Shown: positions 21,734 to 32,640, numbered from the whole stretch's first letter. The stretch: 63,173 bases of DNA, filler included, from Deltaproteobacteria bacterium (GCA_016202395.1; 4 parts of 4 records of this genome joined end to end with filler, not necessarily neighbours in it); one strand, 5' to 3'. The notes: generated by a model not told the origin, from the sequence alone. Numbers and translations: made by a program.

Positions 21734-22747
21734 CTAAACGATTTGGCCCCAAACGATTCGCGGGATTCCTTGTAGATCCTCCCGAGAATGAACCTCTCTA
21801 AACCCAAGCTGCTTCATTCGACCTATAACGACAGAGACCTGTCCCAAACCGATTTCCAATAATAGCCATCCCCTGGATTGCAAACAAGATCGAGCTTCTT
21901 GAACCAATCGAAAGATTAGCTCCAAGCCATCCGCTCCTCCATCCAAAGCTTGAAGGGGCTCATAATTTTTTACGTCCACAGAGAGGCCTTCCAAATCGGA
22001 CCTAGGGATGTAAGGGAGATTCGCAACCACCAAATCAAAATTCCCTCTCCGATTTTGCAAAGGGGCGCAAAGATCCCCTTCCCTAAACTCGATCCTATCT
22101 GCAACCCCGTGGCTCTGTGCATTCTGAGCGGCCACCTCCAGAGCCTCTTTAGAGGAATCCACCGCCACAAAATTCCACCCCTTTCTCTCTTTAGCCAAAG
22201 CGATCCCAAGGACTCCACTCCCTGTTCCAATGTCCGCAACATTCACAGCCTCCGATTTTATCATCGAAGACAACGCTTGTTCCACCAAAAGTTCGGTTTC
22301 AGGCCGAGGGATCAACACACGACGATCAACGTAAAAATCGAGCGACCAAAACTCTTTCTTCCCCCGAATATAAGCCATCGGCTCCCCTTGAGCTCTCCGA
22401 TCGATCCATCCCACAAATTGCTCCAGGTGATCGGCAGTCACCTCTTTCTCAAGCTCAAGGGCCAACAGCGACCGATTACACCCCAAACATTCACTCAACA
22501 AAACCTCCACCTCCAACCTCTTCATCCCTCCCAACCTCTCCACCCCCCACTTCAACAGGGCGCTAAGGGTAACAAGCCGTGGGAGAGTTCGTCGCATCAC
22601 GTGCCCAGAGGGAGCGGGTACCCACCCAGGGCGAGCCGGGCGAGGAAATCCGGTTATACCGGAAGGCATTTTCCCGCCGGCACGCCCCGGAAGGGTGCGA
22701 CCGGAGGCTCCGAGACGCGACGAACTCTCCCACGGCTCCATTATCAT
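21734..22747 (-). CDS. prmC: Release factor glutamine methyltransferase PrmC/HemK, with a palindromic insert near the N-terminus (alternative start 22597)
   Basis: [32 protein letters not shown] 22747 overlaps the prfA stop. Confidence 0.9.
   Translation of the reverse strand: MIMEPWESSSRLGASGRTLPGRAGGKMPSGITGFPRPARPGWVPAPSGHVMRRTLPRLVTLSALLKWGVERLGGMKRLEVEVLLSECLGCNRSLLALELEKEVTADHLEQFVGWIDRRAQGEPMAYIRGKKEFWSLDFYVDRRVLIPRPETELLVEQALSSMIKSEAVNVADIGTGSGVLGIALAKERKGWNFVAVDSSKEALEVAAQNAQSHGVADRIEFREGDLCAPLQNRRGNFDLVVANLPYIPRSDLEGLSVDVKNYEPLQALDGGADGLELIFRLVQEARSCLQSRGWLLLEIGLGQVSVVIGRMKQLGFREVHSREDLQGIPRIVWGQIV
22575..22737. repeat. 163-bp palindromic element with perfect 21-bp terminal inverted repeats
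   Basis: AGCCGTGGGAGAGTTCGTCGC (22575-22595) and GCGACGAACTCTCCCACGGCT (22717-22737), with nested GC-rich hairpins inside. Confidence 0.85.
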
Positions 22748-23808
22748 CTTGCCCCTTTTAAGGCCTCTGTTTGAAAATAAGTCACCAACGGCTCCACCAA
22801 CCCATCCAACCCCCCATCCATCACCTCCGCCAATTGCCGTAAATTCAACCCAATCCGATGATCGGTCACACGACTCTGTGGAAAATTATACGTCCGAATC
22901 TTCTCACTCCGATCTCCCGTCCCAACCTGGCTCCTCCGCTCCTTCGCAATAGTCTCCTGTTGTTCTTGCATCAAGCGATCGAACAACCGAGACCTCAATA
23001 TCTTCAGCGCCTTGGCCTTGTTCTTGTGCTGCGATTTTTCGTCCTGGCACGCAACGACCAACCCTGTAGGCAGATGAGTCACACGAACTGCGGAATCGGT
23101 GGTATTGACGCTCTGTCCCCCAGGTCCCGAAGACCTAAACACATCGATTCGCAACTCTTTAGGATCGATCTCCACATCGACTTCTTCCGCCTCGGGTAAA
23201 ACCGCCACCGTGACTGTCGAGGTATGAATCCTTCCGGAGGCCTCCGTCACTGGAACCCTTTGCACCCGATGCACCCCACTCTCGTACTTGAGCCGACTAT
23301 AGGCCCCCTTCCCTTCAATTAAGGCGATCACCTCTTTGTAACCTCTCAGCCCCGTCGTGCTCTCACTCAAAATCTCGACACGCCACCCCTTCCTCTCCGC
23401 ATAACGACCATACATTCGAAAAAGTTCGAAAGCGAAAAGACTCGCTTCATCTCCCCCTGCTCCCGCGCGGATCTCCAAAAGGACGTTCTTGGAATCGTTA
23501 GGATCTTTCGGAAGGAGAAGAATCCTTAGCCGCTCCTCAAGGTCCGCTTTTCGCGCCTCTAGAATCGCCAATTCTTCTTGAGCCAGATCCCTTAATTCCA
23601 AATCTCCCCCTTTGAGGAAACGGTCATTTTCCGCAATCCCACGAACGACTTCAGAATATTCTCCATAGGTGAGCGCTAATTCTTCAAGCCCTGAGCGCTC
23701 CTTAGATAAACGTTGATACTCTTGAGAATCCTGAAGAACCTCGGGATGGGTCAAAAGCTCATTCAAATCAAAGTATTTTTTTTGAATCTTTATCAGTTTT
23801 TCAAACAT
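22744..23808 (-). CDS. prfA: Peptide chain release factor 1
   Basis: PVT recognition motif, [21 protein letters not shown]. Confidence 0.97.
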   Translation of the reverse strand: MFEKLIKIQKKYFDLNELLTHPEVLQDSQEYQRLSKERSGLEELALTYGEYSEVVRGIAENDRFLKGGDLELRDLAQEELAILEARKADLEERLRILLLPKDPNDSKNVLLEIRAGAGGDEASLFAFELFRMYGRYAERKGWRVEILSESTTGLRGYKEVIALIEGKGAYSRLKYESGVHRVQRVPVTEASGRIHTSTVTVAVLPEAEEVDVEIDPKELRIDVFRSSGPGGQSVNTTDSAVRVTHLPTGLVVACQDEKSQHKNKAKALKILRSRLFDRLMQEQQETIAKERRSQVGTGDRSEKIRTYNFPQSRVTDHRIGLNLRQLAEVMDGGLDGLVEPLVTYFQTEALKGAR

Positions 23809-23824
23809 CGCTTTTACCTCGAAA

Positions 23825-23897
23825 TTCTGTCATCTTGAGCGTAGCGAAAGATCCCGATGAGGTCACGAGATCCTTCACTTCGTTCAGGATGACAGAA
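23825..23897. repeat. GTCATC(C/T)TGAGCG..CGTTCAGGATGAC palindromic intergenic repeat
   Basis: TTCTGTCATCTTGAGCG pairs with CGTTCAGGATGACAGAA; internal GATC arms. Confidence 0.75.
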
Positions 23898-23960
23898 CAA
23901 TCTTAAAATTAAAGCTAATGTTCGTGATGGGAAGAAGGGATAGAAGAAAAAGTGGCTTCT

Positions 23961-24170
23961 CTAAACTTTCGCGCGGCCGTACTTCTTCTGAAACCGTTCC
24001 ACACGGCCAGCGGAGTCAACGATCTTTTGCTTCCCTGTAAAAAAGGGATGACATCCAGAACAGATTTCAATGCGGATCTCCCCTCCTCGCGTGGAACGGG
24101 TCTCAATCACGTTTCCACACGCGCAACGAAAAACAGTCGGTTCGTATTTAGGATGGATACCTACTTGCAT
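23961..24170 (-). CDS. rpmE: 50S ribosomal protein L31 (Zn-binding type)
   Basis: [19 protein letters not shown]. Confidence 0.95.
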   Translation of the reverse strand: MQVGIHPKYEPTVFRCACGNVIETRSTRGGEIRIEICSGCHPFFTGKQKIVDSAGRVERFQKKYGRAKV

Positions 24171-24221
24171 CGTATTTTACCTAATGGAGCAGAGCATAGC
24201 GTCAAAAATCAAAAAAATCAA

Positions 24222-24336
24222 GGGCACCTCTAAAAACTATGTTCGTGACGAAAAATCATGATCTGAGCCGAGACAAGGAGGATGAGCAAAAAGCCCGGAA
24301 ACGTACCTGGAAGGTACGTTGAGGACTTTTTGTGAA
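24222..24336 (+). mobile_element. MITE-like element with GGGCACCTCTAAAAAC end (truncated by contig end)
   Basis: Closely similar to the reverse complement of 59795-59872; central CGTACC-N4-GGTACG hairpin. Confidence 0.7.
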
Positions 24337-24436
24337 NNNNNNNNNNNNNNNNNNNNNNNNNNNNNNNNNNNNNNNNNNNNTTAATTAATTAANNNNNNNN
24401 NNNNNNNNNNNNNNNNNNNNNNNNNNNNNNNNNNNN
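24337..24436. other. Artificial contig linker
   Basis: 44 N + TTAATTAATTAA + 44 N. Confidence 0.98.
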
Positions 24437-24744
24437 AGCATTTTGTCCTTTTGGAAGTGCTGCGAGAATCGAACTACAAAAAGCTCGACCTCCTATTCTC
24501 CTTCTACAGAACAGAGAAAGGGGCTGAGGTAGACTTGATTATCGAAACACCTAGAGGACAAACTTATGCTATAGAAATCAAGGGGACCGACGTCGTCGAT
24601 TCCACACATTTGAGAGGGCTTCGATCCTTTGCGGAGATCTGTCCAACGGCAAAATTGGGGTGCGCTTGTTTGGCGCCACGAAAAAGGAATATAGGAAACA
24701 TCAACATCTTCCCCTGGCAAGATTGGATGGAGCTGCTTAATTGA
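24437..24744 (+). CDS. C-terminal fragment of AAA ATPase/DUF4143 protein (5' cut by contig end)
   Basis: FYRTEKGAEVDLII..AIEIK PD-(D/E)XK-like motif. Confidence 0.75.
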
Positions 24745-27700
24745 CGGTGACGTTGCCGGAGGTAGTGGATCGGACGGTGTTGCCGATGCTATCTTTGATC
24801 GTCACCGTGAAGGTGACCGTGGTTCCGACGGGGGGTTGAGCAATGAGAAGAATGGTGTGAGTTAAGCTGGAAACGCCCCAGATCACGTTTGATAAAGCGG
24901 CGGAACTCACACTGAGATTATTCGCGTTTGTCCATTTCAGTTCACGGGAACCTCCATCGGGCAGCGCAAAATTCCCAGACGTAGCGGTGATCGTGTAGGC
25001 TTGCCCTTTGGTAATGCTGGAGGGAGCGCTGATGGTGAACGGGGCGGTGATGGTTACCGAGGAACTGGATTTCGTCACGTCCCCCACGGTGACATTGAAA
25101 ACGCAACTCCCCGTGGGGAAGGTGGCGGGGAGGGTAAACGCGAGGGTATCGGCCCCCCAAGTGATAGTGGTCACAAGGATTGAAATGGTTTGACCATTGG
25201 AATGGGTGCAGGTTACGGTGCTTGTCCCTGGAACAGCTCTAAAGGCTCCTGCGGGAGAGGCCGTGAGGGTTCCCGGCGTAACTCCTCTCACCATCGTTGA
25301 GGGGGAAGCAGTAACAGCGGAAAGGGCCGGCACGGTAGGCGTCAGTGTAGGGGTTGTTGACGCAGTAGCTGTCGGGTAACAAGAGCTATTCCCGCTCGGC
25401 TCAGGACCAACCTTGACCGGATTCGAAACAACGGTCGAGCCATCCGAAAAAGTCACCGTCACCGCCGTTTGGGACTGCGAACCCAAATTCTTAGGAATAC
25501 AAACGCTCAATTCACTGGCCCCCGTAAAAGTTGCGCTTTCTTTTTTCCCGTTTGTACTGCCCACCTCCACTTTGACTGGCGTGCCAGAACCGAAGATCTT
25601 ACACGTGGTGTTTTTCCCAACGATCGCGGCGATGTCACAATTCAAAAACGATGACTTCCCCGCCCCGGCAAAGGTGTCGGATAAGCGAATGCCACTATCG
25701 GGGTCTACGATCACAGCCTTAAAGGCCGTCCCCGTCCCTGCAACGAGGGCCGTCGCCGACCCTGTGCAAGCGGATTCCAACTGTCCCGAAGCCACACAAG
25801 CGCAGGTGTAAGGGGCGCTGGAATCAGGGACCAAATTCACGGTAGCCCCTTCCCCAAGACTCCCCCCACTCCCAACCTTGGAGGGGGCCATGAACGTGGT
25901 GACCAAACGAGGCCCTGTGCAACTGATGTTATAGTTCTTGGTGGCGCAAGAGGAGGATTGAGCCAAACAGTGAACCGTGGCGGGAACTGTCGCATCCGTA
26001 CTCATGCCTCCCAGATTCGTCATGGCGGTAAAATCGGCATCGGTAGCCGTGTCTCTCTTCGGATCGCAGTCCCCTTTGGAGTAAGGATTCAACCCCTTGG
26101 CTGATTCCATCACATCAGGACATCCATCCCCATCGGTATCTTTGATGGTTCCTTCTCCGGACGATTTCATCACAGATCGAGCGGTATCTAAATTCACACT
26201 CGGCATCGAAGTGCTCATCTCGCTGATCTTGGTCCGTTTCAAGGTATTGAGATCCGCATCTGCTGCTCCAACGAATTCACTCATCGTTTTTCCAGAGAAA
26301 CTTGCGAGGGCCACAAGAAGATCCCCGTTGAGGGTCATTCCTGCTTTTTCCGCAACGGCCGCATCGGTATAATCACAGTATCCTGTAGAGGTAACGTCGC
26401 ACTCCAAGGCATCGATCTGCGACTTCCACTCGAACCTCTGTCTGGCAACAGCGCATCCCGCCTCCCCTAAAGAAACCCCTACTTCCTGTTCAATCTCTTC
26501 ACAAGTAGCATCTGTAGAGAGATCCACTCCATCAAAAATAGTAATCGGCATCCCCAAACCACTGAGCAAGGCATTATTCGCAAGCTCATTGATTTGCCCA
26601 CTGAAAATCCCCCCTTCGAAAAGGGCGCGCATGGTGTCTGCGTTGACAACAGAGTTCGCCGTCTCCCGAATTTTATCGATAAGACTGGTCCATCCGCTCC
26701 CGTCGACTCCTAATCTATCTGTGGCATTAAACTTCTGGATCCTGATATCCAAAAGATTAGAGCCTAATATCTCTTTTTGCCCAAGCAAATCCAACGTTTT
26801 GGGATATTTCCCTTCCGCCTTGAATTCATTAAATCGAGTCTTCCAATCTTCACTCCCCTGTTTCCACGCCGTAGAAAAGAGATCGGATCCGTACTCATCG
26901 ATCACTTGAGTGATCTGGTCCTGTAATGCCTCTAAGCAAGCCGCGCGTCCCGCCAGTCCGCCATCGTAAACACAAGTTAAAAATTGATTGTAAGCCACAT
27001 CCAACAATCGCAGCAAGTTTCCACCCACATCAGCCCCTAAAGCAGAAAAGATCTTTTGCACCAGTTGACTTTGTTGCACCAAAGCCTCGGTGGCACCTTG
27101 AATTTCCACTGCATCTCGATCAGGATCGGGAGGGATTCCCTCCACACCCACATCGAGCGCCAACTGGGTATTCACCTTTAACGTGCTAAGTTGAGAGAAA
27201 TAGAGATTGGCGATGAGGGCAAGGTTTACAAATGCAAAAGATTGATCAAACCCCTCGCCGAGAAGAAGTCTGCGAGCAGTGCGTCGTAACCAATCGGTCT
27301 CGGAATCAAAAACCACTTTCAGGTTCGAGGGATCATCCCCGGTGTGAAAACGGAGAAGAGAACCAAAAGGGACGGCATCCGTTGTCTCCGCCCCCCAAGC
27401 AGTCGGTTCGAATGTCACTTCAAGATCATCTTTATCGATAAACTCCATAGAAGGGATATCTAACGTACATCGAAGCATCCCGCTCTCTTCATCACAGAAG
27501 ACCTTTGCGAGTTCGATATCGGTGGCAATTCCGCCTCGAATAAGACGAATGCTAACATCCTCTGTGACCACACTGAGAGGAGCTTTTTTCATCTTCAATG
27601 CGTGTTCTTGCTGCAAACGGGGATCGAAAATAGAGGTTAGAGCCGCTTGGCGCAGTGAAGCCGCAGCCAACTCGAGGGTGGCCTCCTCAATCTCGGTGGT

Positions 27701-27889
27701 GACACCGGCCACCTGAAGCGTGAGCCCTGCTTGGGTCTCCTGAGCCCCACCTACCGTTCCTGCGTTGAATGTCCCACTCCCGTCGCTACAGGAGATCAAA
27801 AACGCTAAGAGTGCAGGAGTGAAAATCGTCGAGACGACCCCGCCCCAATGCAACAAAAAAATCTGATTGATGACACGTTGCGTTAACAC
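24737..27889 (-). CDS. Large surface lipoprotein A (helical core, Ca-binding DxDGDG motif, Cys-rich and Ig-like C-terminal modules)
   Basis: GTG start after GGAGG; lipobox LISC; DTDGDGCPD; Thr/Ser-rich beta modules. Confidence 0.75.
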   Translation of the reverse strand: MLTQRVINQIFLLHWGGVVSTIFTPALLAFLISCSDGSGTFNAGTVGGAQETQAGLTLQVAGVTTEIEEATLELAAASLRQAALTSIFDPRLQQEHALKMKKAPLSVVTEDVSIRLIRGGIATDIELAKVFCDEESGMLRCTLDIPSMEFIDKDDLEVTFEPTAWGAETTDAVPFGSLLRFHTGDDPSNLKVVFDSETDWLRRTARRLLLGEGFDQSFAFVNLALIANLYFSQLSTLKVNTQLALDVGVEGIPPDPDRDAVEIQGATEALVQQSQLVQKIFSALGADVGGNLLRLLDVAYNQFLTCVYDGGLAGRAACLEALQDQITQVIDEYGSDLFSTAWKQGSEDWKTRFNEFKAEGKYPKTLDLLGQKEILGSNLLDIRIQKFNATDRLGVDGSGWTSLIDKIRETANSVVNADTMRALFEGGIFSGQINELANNALLSGLGMPITIFDGVDLSTDATCEEIEQEVGVSLGEAGCAVARQRFEWKSQIDALECDVTSTGYCDYTDAAVAEKAGMTLNGDLLVALASFSGKTMSEFVGAADADLNTLKRTKISEMSTSMPSVNLDTARSVMKSSGEGTIKDTDGDGCPDVMESAKGLNPYSKGDCDPKRDTATDADFTAMTNLGGMSTDATVPATVHCLAQSSSCATKNYNISCTGPRLVTTFMAPSKVGSGGSLGEGATVNLVPDSSAPYTCACVASGQLESACTGSATALVAGTGTAFKAVIVDPDSGIRLSDTFAGAGKSSFLNCDIAAIVGKNTTCKIFGSGTPVKVEVGSTNGKKESATFTGASELSVCIPKNLGSQSQTAVTVTFSDGSTVVSNPVKVGPEPSGNSSCYPTATASTTPTLTPTVPALSAVTASPSTMVRGVTPGTLTASPAGAFRAVPGTSTVTCTHSNGQTISILVTTITWGADTLAFTLPATFPTGSCVFNVTVGDVTKSSSSVTITAPFTISAPSSITKGQAYTITATSGNFALPDGGSRELKWTNANNLSVSSAALSNVIWGVSSLTHTILLIAQPPVGTTVTFTVTIKDSIGNTVRSTTSGNVTVN

Positions 27890-27910
27890 ACATCCCTCCA
27901 CTAGAAACCA

Positions 27911-27926
27911 TGCAAAAAGGATGCCA
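27911..27926 (-). promoter_or_regulatory. Sigma-54 -24/-12 promoter of lipoprotein A
   Basis: TGGCATCCTTTTTGCA (GG-N10-GC) on the minus strand. Confidence 0.85.
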
Positions 27927-28035
27927 AAAGGGCCTCCCACAGTCTATTTCTAAGTTCATGATTTTTAAAATATTTTTAAACACCCATCCGACGCGAGGGC
28001 CACGGAAGGCCATTTATCACCGCAATTATTTCCTA

Positions 28036-28056
28036 GGTGTGCAAAATTGCCACACC
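28036..28056. promoter_or_regulatory. Candidate enhancer dyad GTGTG-N9-CACAC
   Basis: GGTGTGCAAAATTGCCACACC, centred about 120 bp upstream of the -24 box; same motif and spacing at 32602-32624. Confidence 0.6.
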
Positions 28057-28069
28057 GCCAACCACGTCA

Positions 28070-28137
28070 TGGGGTCAGGCTTCGGTATTTCGGTATTTCT
28101 TATTACCGCAATACCGAAATACCGAAGCCTGACCCCA
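28070..28137. repeat. REPIN-like perfect palindrome with GGGGTCAG ends
   Basis: 28-bp arms TGGGGTCAGGCTTCGGTATTTCGGTATT and AATACCGAAATACCGAAGCCTGACCCCA with a 12-nt spacer. Confidence 0.9.
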
Positions 28138-28142
28138 GACCC

Positions 28143-28175
28143 AAAAAGAAAAGGCCGGGGGTGGATCCCGGCCTT
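28143..28175 (-). terminator. Intrinsic terminator of lipoprotein B
   Basis: AAGGCCGGG-loop-CCCGGCCTT followed by a T-rich run on the minus strand, about 25 nt after the stop. Confidence 0.75.
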
Positions 28176-28198
28176 GTTTCGCGGAATGCAGTTATGGG

Positions 28199-31100
28199 TT
28201 ACGGATTGGAAGCTTGCAAGTTCATGCACTGACTCGCAGGCGTTGTTGCAATCGTCTCAAATATACCCGCAACGGCTCGAACCCTCATGCTAAACTTGCC
28301 CACGTGAGAAACACTCGACGGGATGACAACGGGAATCGCCGTGCTCATCAATTGATTTGCATCGTAGGCAACCGAGACGGGAGCTCCTGTGGATGCGGTG
28401 CAATCGTTATTCATTGGAACCACAGCCACATCGATGAGCGCCGCATTGGTGCCAAAGCTTCCGGTCTGGGCAATGACAACGAAGCTAGTCCCCTTTCCTC
28501 CCTGTCCCGAGGTGTCGTTTGGACCCGGAGGGTTCCCTTTAAAAACGGTGGCCCCATTGGCAATGGCCACACCCACAAGACTCACAGCCTGAACTAAGGT
28601 AGAGTTATAAGCGTATCCTCCCCCTGCAGCCGTGTAAGCCGCTCCCCCTTCCAATGTTGCGGCAGCCCCTCCCGTGGCATCCGCATTGTTATTGTCGAAG
28701 TGGTAAAGGGCTTTGGTGGCAGCATCTGCAACATAGGGGAACCGTTGAGGGGTGAAATTGCCTGAGTAGCGCGCCGATTCTGAGACGCGGAGTTCATCAA
28801 AAACAGCATCCCCTGGGTTCGCGTCTGTCACCGCCAGCTTCAAAGGAGCGGTGACCGCATCGAAAATTGCGGTATCGGGAATACTAGCACACGTTCCATT
28901 GGTACAGACCAAGATGGTGCCGGTCCCGGTGTTATGAACAAAGGCGATGTGATTCCATCGGACGTCATTGGTAAAGTTCCCCAACCATGCTGAAGCCGCA
29001 GTAGCGTTAAATTCTCCCACCGGGCCACTTCCGTTAGCCGATAACTCCACTGACGTTGAGCCATCACCCTGGACCTTGATCTGCCAAGCATTATCCACCC
29101 ACCATTGTCCGAAGATGCGTACAGGTCCGTCATTCCGAGTGATTTTGACCCACGCCTCCGCTGTAAAGTTTCCCGCAGAACTCCAATGATCGGGGATCGA
29201 GACGAGTTGCCCACTGGTGGCGTTGTTGACGGTCACCCCTCGAGAAACCACAGTGCCACGCGAGACCAAGGTTAACGTCTCAGCGCTTGTGACTGTTCCA
29301 CCCCCTGTTGTCACGCGCACATTATAAGCCTGATTTCCGATCTGTTCCCCCGCTGTAAACTGAATCTGACCGTCACTCCACGACGTAACATAAGAAAGAT
29401 CAATGAGAGCCGCTGGACCGGGACCCGGGCTCGGGATTAATTGAAGGGTACTTCCTTGTCCTGCAGAGGCTCCGAAATTAGCTCCAGCAACTGTGATAAC
29501 GGTCCCTGGACTAGTGGGGTTCCCTTTGTTGGCGGTTGTTGGAGACTTCGGCGCCACTCCATTATTCGCATTGATCGTAGGAGCCGGTGGCGGCACCGTA
29601 AAATTACCACCATTGAGGGTTACTCCTGCAACCGTTACGTTCACCCCATACACTGCGGCGGGAACATTAGGAACAGTAAATGTGATGGTGGTCCCGTTCA
29701 CCAAAGTGGAGACCACCTGTGCTGGATTTCCCGCAAATTGTACGAGAGGAGTTCCCGTAAAGTTGGTGCCAGTAACCGTTACTAAGGAACCTGGAGCCCC
29801 CGACAGAGGATTCACAGTCGTAATCGTGGGGGAGGCTGGCGGCGGCGCAGCGCCGATGGTTAAGTTAACCGTTTCAGAAGTAACGTTGTTGATGGTAACC
29901 TGGATCTTCCCAGTCGCTTCCGGCGGAGCTACAAACGTTCCGAAAGTCTGTGTGCTCTGTGTGAAGAGAAGATTCGTACTATTGAACTTATAACTCCCCT
30001 GACCAAAGGGGAATTGAGATGTGGTGCATAAGCCATAGGTGGCCCCAGAAGTAAGACTGACCATGGCCGCATTCGTACAAGTGGAGTCATTGGACGGAAC
30101 CACTTTAAGCGTTTGCAACACGGACGGCGGCGGCTGTTGCTGAACCGTAACCTGGAAACTCGCCGGCAAAGAGCTTTTCGCCGACACGATTACCGTGACA
30201 GGATAAGTGCCTGCAGACACATTGGGAACTGTGAAAGTCATGTGAGTACTATCCACGAAGACCGAGGTGGCCGTCGACTGCCCAAGCTGCACCACCGCCC
30301 CCGATGCAAAGCCGGTTCCGGTGATCGTCACCGAGGCTCCAACAACGCCAGAGCTGGCCGATAAACTTGTGATCGTCGGACCACTCACCAGCTGCTGTTG
30401 TTGCGGCGGGGCGCCGGCGATGAATCGATTGGAGGTGCACTCCTTGCTAATCGACGAAGATTGTATGCAAAAACGATAGGGCGCTCCAATGACTAGCGAG
30501 AGTGGGATCGTCCCTCGGAGCCCTCCTGCGGTACAACCCGAGATAGAAATGCCACTCATCGTCACTCGGACACTATCGGCCACATTATTCACGTTTTCGA
30601 ACCACATGGTAACGGGAGGCTGAAGCGCGGGCCCAACCACGCAAACATCGATGCTCTCTCCCACAACCTTGGTATCCCCATCCGTCAGTCCGACGAAGCT
30701 AAGAGAATGCGTTTCAGGAACCGCATTGACTACGGTGATCTGGGTATTGTTAACCGTGACGGATACCGTTGGGGTCTCATAGTACAGACTGCGATCAAAA
30801 CCGGCATAAATCCCGGTCTCGAAGTTTTCTTTCAATGCTTGTGCGGTTACAGCAAATTGTGTTGCCTCCGCTGTTTGTGCAAAGTTAACCATGGAGGTGA
30901 AGTTACTAAAATCATACTGGGCGAATGAATCTTCTACCCCCCAGGCCGTTACCGCCACTTGGAGGTAGGAACCCGTCGCTTCCGAAGCGTAGCTAAAACC
31001 CGCTAATTTTGAACCGATCTCGGCCATCAAGGCGGGATCCACCCACCCTCCACAACCCAGCGCTTTGCTACTACAGAAATTGGGATTGACCGCTATAATC

Positions 31101-32428
31101 TTTTCGTAGTCACAGTTCCGATGGTAATCGTCTCTTAACAACTGACAAGAGACATTGGATCCTACCCCCACTTCCGATCTCAAAGCCTCGCAAGACACCG
31201 TCTTTATATCATTACAAAGCGCGGTGGTGTTAATCATCCAAGTCACTCCGGTAATCTCCGCAATCTTATCTTTCATCGCGTTCTGCCATTGTGACCCGGA
31301 AACGTTGGTGAGAGAGTCGTAAGTGTTGAAATCCTCAGATCTCGTAAAGGAAAGTCCAGTGGTTAAAACGTCACTATACATGGAAAACATGGTGGAATCG
31401 TCCTGCCATCCACCCTCCACGAGTTGGGTATACTTATCCGTCATGCTTGCTTCGATTGAGGCTCCCAATCTAAGTATATCTCCGAAGCCTCCTCCCCCTC
31501 CAATTCCCGCCGTAAATGCCGCATTGCCCGCCTGCCTCAGGTTTCTAAAAGATTCGGGGGTCATGCCGCCAGTATTAATAGCTTGGTCAAAAGCAAATTT
31601 ATCTATATTTTTTTTGGCTTGATCACCATTAGTCCGAACGGCATCGAGGTAAACCCTCTGACCCAGGTTGGAGGCGTCAACGAACTTTGAGTCATAACTA
31701 CGCCACTGTTCAGCAATGCTCAGAAATGGTTTAAGAACATCACTACTGACGAGGTCACCCCTTGCAACAATATCAGTCACGCTAAGGCCGGTTGTCGCTA
31801 ATAGCTTGGCTATTTCAAGTCGCGGCTGAGCGCTCCGCGGTAGGTTCGCTTGCTGTTTAATAGCATTCGTGATGGAACGCTCGGCAGAGGTATCAGGGGT
31901 AATAGGAAGAACCGTTTTCTTCGTAGGATCCTTAATGACACCAACATCCAGAAGACCTACCACTCCTGAAGTGATTCCAGTCTCAGGATCCACGATCCCC
32001 ACATCAATGGTAGGATCACCTTCAAATTCTCCGTCAAAACAATCAAACTCCACCTGAATGGCCGCCGAGTCCTCTGGATCCACCTCCACAGAAAGAACGG
32101 TGCAATCCCTCTCGACCACCTCGCCTGTAGTTGAATCCGATATCTCCACCGTCGCCGTCACCAGATCATCTGTAACCTCTCCTGCTTTCAGAGCCGATGT
32201 ACGAGACAAAGAAAGGGCTGCCGTTTTAAGGGAGGTGCTTCGTGGAGCGCTGGAAGAAGTCGTCGAAATCGGGAGCGATAAGGTGATATCGGCGGTTACC
32301 GTTGCAGGGGTCTCTGGAACGCTCCCAGCAAACTTCCCATCTCCATGACTACAACCCCCTATCCAAAGGCCCAAAGTTCCCATCGATAAAAGGCTCAAAA
32401 TGACCTTCCCTGGTGATAAAATTTTCAT
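28199..32428 (-). CDS. Large surface lipoprotein B with IPT/TIG repeats and LamG/ConA-like domain
   Basis: RBS GGAGGGA, lipobox IGGC; PTITSLS..VTITGTGF IPT repeats; FTAEAWVK..WNHIAFV..FDELRVS..ALYHFD LamG signature. Confidence 0.8.
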   Translation of the reverse strand: MKILSPGKVILSLLSMGTLGLWIGGCSHGDGKFAGSVPETPATVTADITLSLPISTTSSSAPRSTSLKTAALSLSRTSALKAGEVTDDLVTATVEISDSTTGEVVERDCTVLSVEVDPEDSAAIQVEFDCFDGEFEGDPTIDVGIVDPETGITSGVVGLLDVGVIKDPTKKTVLPITPDTSAERSITNAIKQQANLPRSAQPRLEIAKLLATTGLSVTDIVARGDLVSSDVLKPFLSIAEQWRSYDSKFVDASNLGQRVYLDAVRTNGDQAKKNIDKFAFDQAINTGGMTPESFRNLRQAGNAAFTAGIGGGGGFGDILRLGASIEASMTDKYTQLVEGGWQDDSTMFSMYSDVLTTGLSFTRSEDFNTYDSLTNVSGSQWQNAMKDKIAEITGVTWMINTTALCNDIKTVSCEALRSEVGVGSNVSCQLLRDDYHRNCDYEKIIAVNPNFCSSKALGCGGWVDPALMAEIGSKLAGFSYASEATGSYLQVAVTAWGVEDSFAQYDFSNFTSMVNFAQTAEATQFAVTAQALKENFETGIYAGFDRSLYYETPTVSVTVNNTQITVVNAVPETHSLSFVGLTDGDTKVVGESIDVCVVGPALQPPVTMWFENVNNVADSVRVTMSGISISGCTAGGLRGTIPLSLVIGAPYRFCIQSSSISKECTSNRFIAGAPPQQQQLVSGPTITSLSASSGVVGASVTITGTGFASGAVVQLGQSTATSVFVDSTHMTFTVPNVSAGTYPVTVIVSAKSSLPASFQVTVQQQPPPSVLQTLKVVPSNDSTCTNAAMVSLTSGATYGLCTTSQFPFGQGSYKFNSTNLLFTQSTQTFGTFVAPPEATGKIQVTINNVTSETVNLTIGAAPPPASPTITTVNPLSGAPGSLVTVTGTNFTGTPLVQFAGNPAQVVSTLVNGTTITFTVPNVPAAVYGVNVTVAGVTLNGGNFTVPPPAPTINANNGVAPKSPTTANKGNPTSPGTVITVAGANFGASAGQGSTLQLIPSPGPGPAALIDLSYVTSWSDGQIQFTAGEQIGNQAYNVRVTTGGGTVTSAETLTLVSRGTVVSRGVTVNNATSGQLVSIPDHWSSAGNFTAEAWVKITRNDGPVRIFGQWWVDNAWQIKVQGDGSTSVELSANGSGPVGEFNATAASAWLGNFTNDVRWNHIAFVHNTGTGTILVCTNGTCASIPDTAIFDAVTAPLKLAVTDANPGDAVFDELRVSESARYSGNFTPQRFPYVADAATKALYHFDNNNADATGGAAATLEGGAAYTAAGGGYAYNSTLVQAVSLVGVAIANGATVFKGNPPGPNDTSGQGGKGTSFVVIAQTGSFGTNAALIDVAVVPMNNDCTASTGAPVSVAYDANQLMSTAIPVVIPSSVSHVGKFSMRVRAVAGIFETIATTPASQCMNLQASNP

Positions 32429-32478
32429 GACACTCCCTCCTATTGGGTCTACCACACGAAATCTCCACCTTGAAAATA

Positions 32479-32494
32479 TGCAAAACACATGCCA
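32479..32494 (-). promoter_or_regulatory. Sigma-54 -24/-12 promoter of lipoprotein B
   Basis: TGGCATGTGTTTTGCA. Confidence 0.85.
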
Positions 32495-32601
32495 AAGACC
32501 CATTAAAACAGAGGGTTATAACGCACTGTTTATGAAAGTGTTTTTGTGGGCCCCTGACAATAGCCGTGCAAAAGTGGCTTTTGGCATCGCAACTAGTATC
32601 C

Positions 32602-32624
32602 ATGTGTGTCTAAAAAGCACACAT
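32602..32624. promoter_or_regulatory. Candidate enhancer dyad GTGTG-N9-CACAC
   Basis: ATGTGTGTCTAAAAAGCACACAT, centred about 119 bp upstream of the -24 box. Confidence 0.6.
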
Positions 32625-32640
32625 CCTACCCCCCACTCAA

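Noticed and set aside
21950-22774. 274-aa plus-strand ORF and many similar antisense ORFs in the track
   Set aside because: They shadow well-supported genes on the other strand and have no recognisable motifs.
24337-24436. TTAATTAATTAA palindrome within N runs (also 54777-54876 and 59695-59794)
   Set aside because: Identical 100-nt artificial spacer with stops in all frames; not biological, and it voids neighbourhood arguments across it.
28070-28137. Possible CRISPR repeat or integron attC site
   Set aside because: No repeat-spacer periodicity, no cas or intI gene, no RYYYAAC/GTTRRRY ends; it matches the RAYT termini instead.
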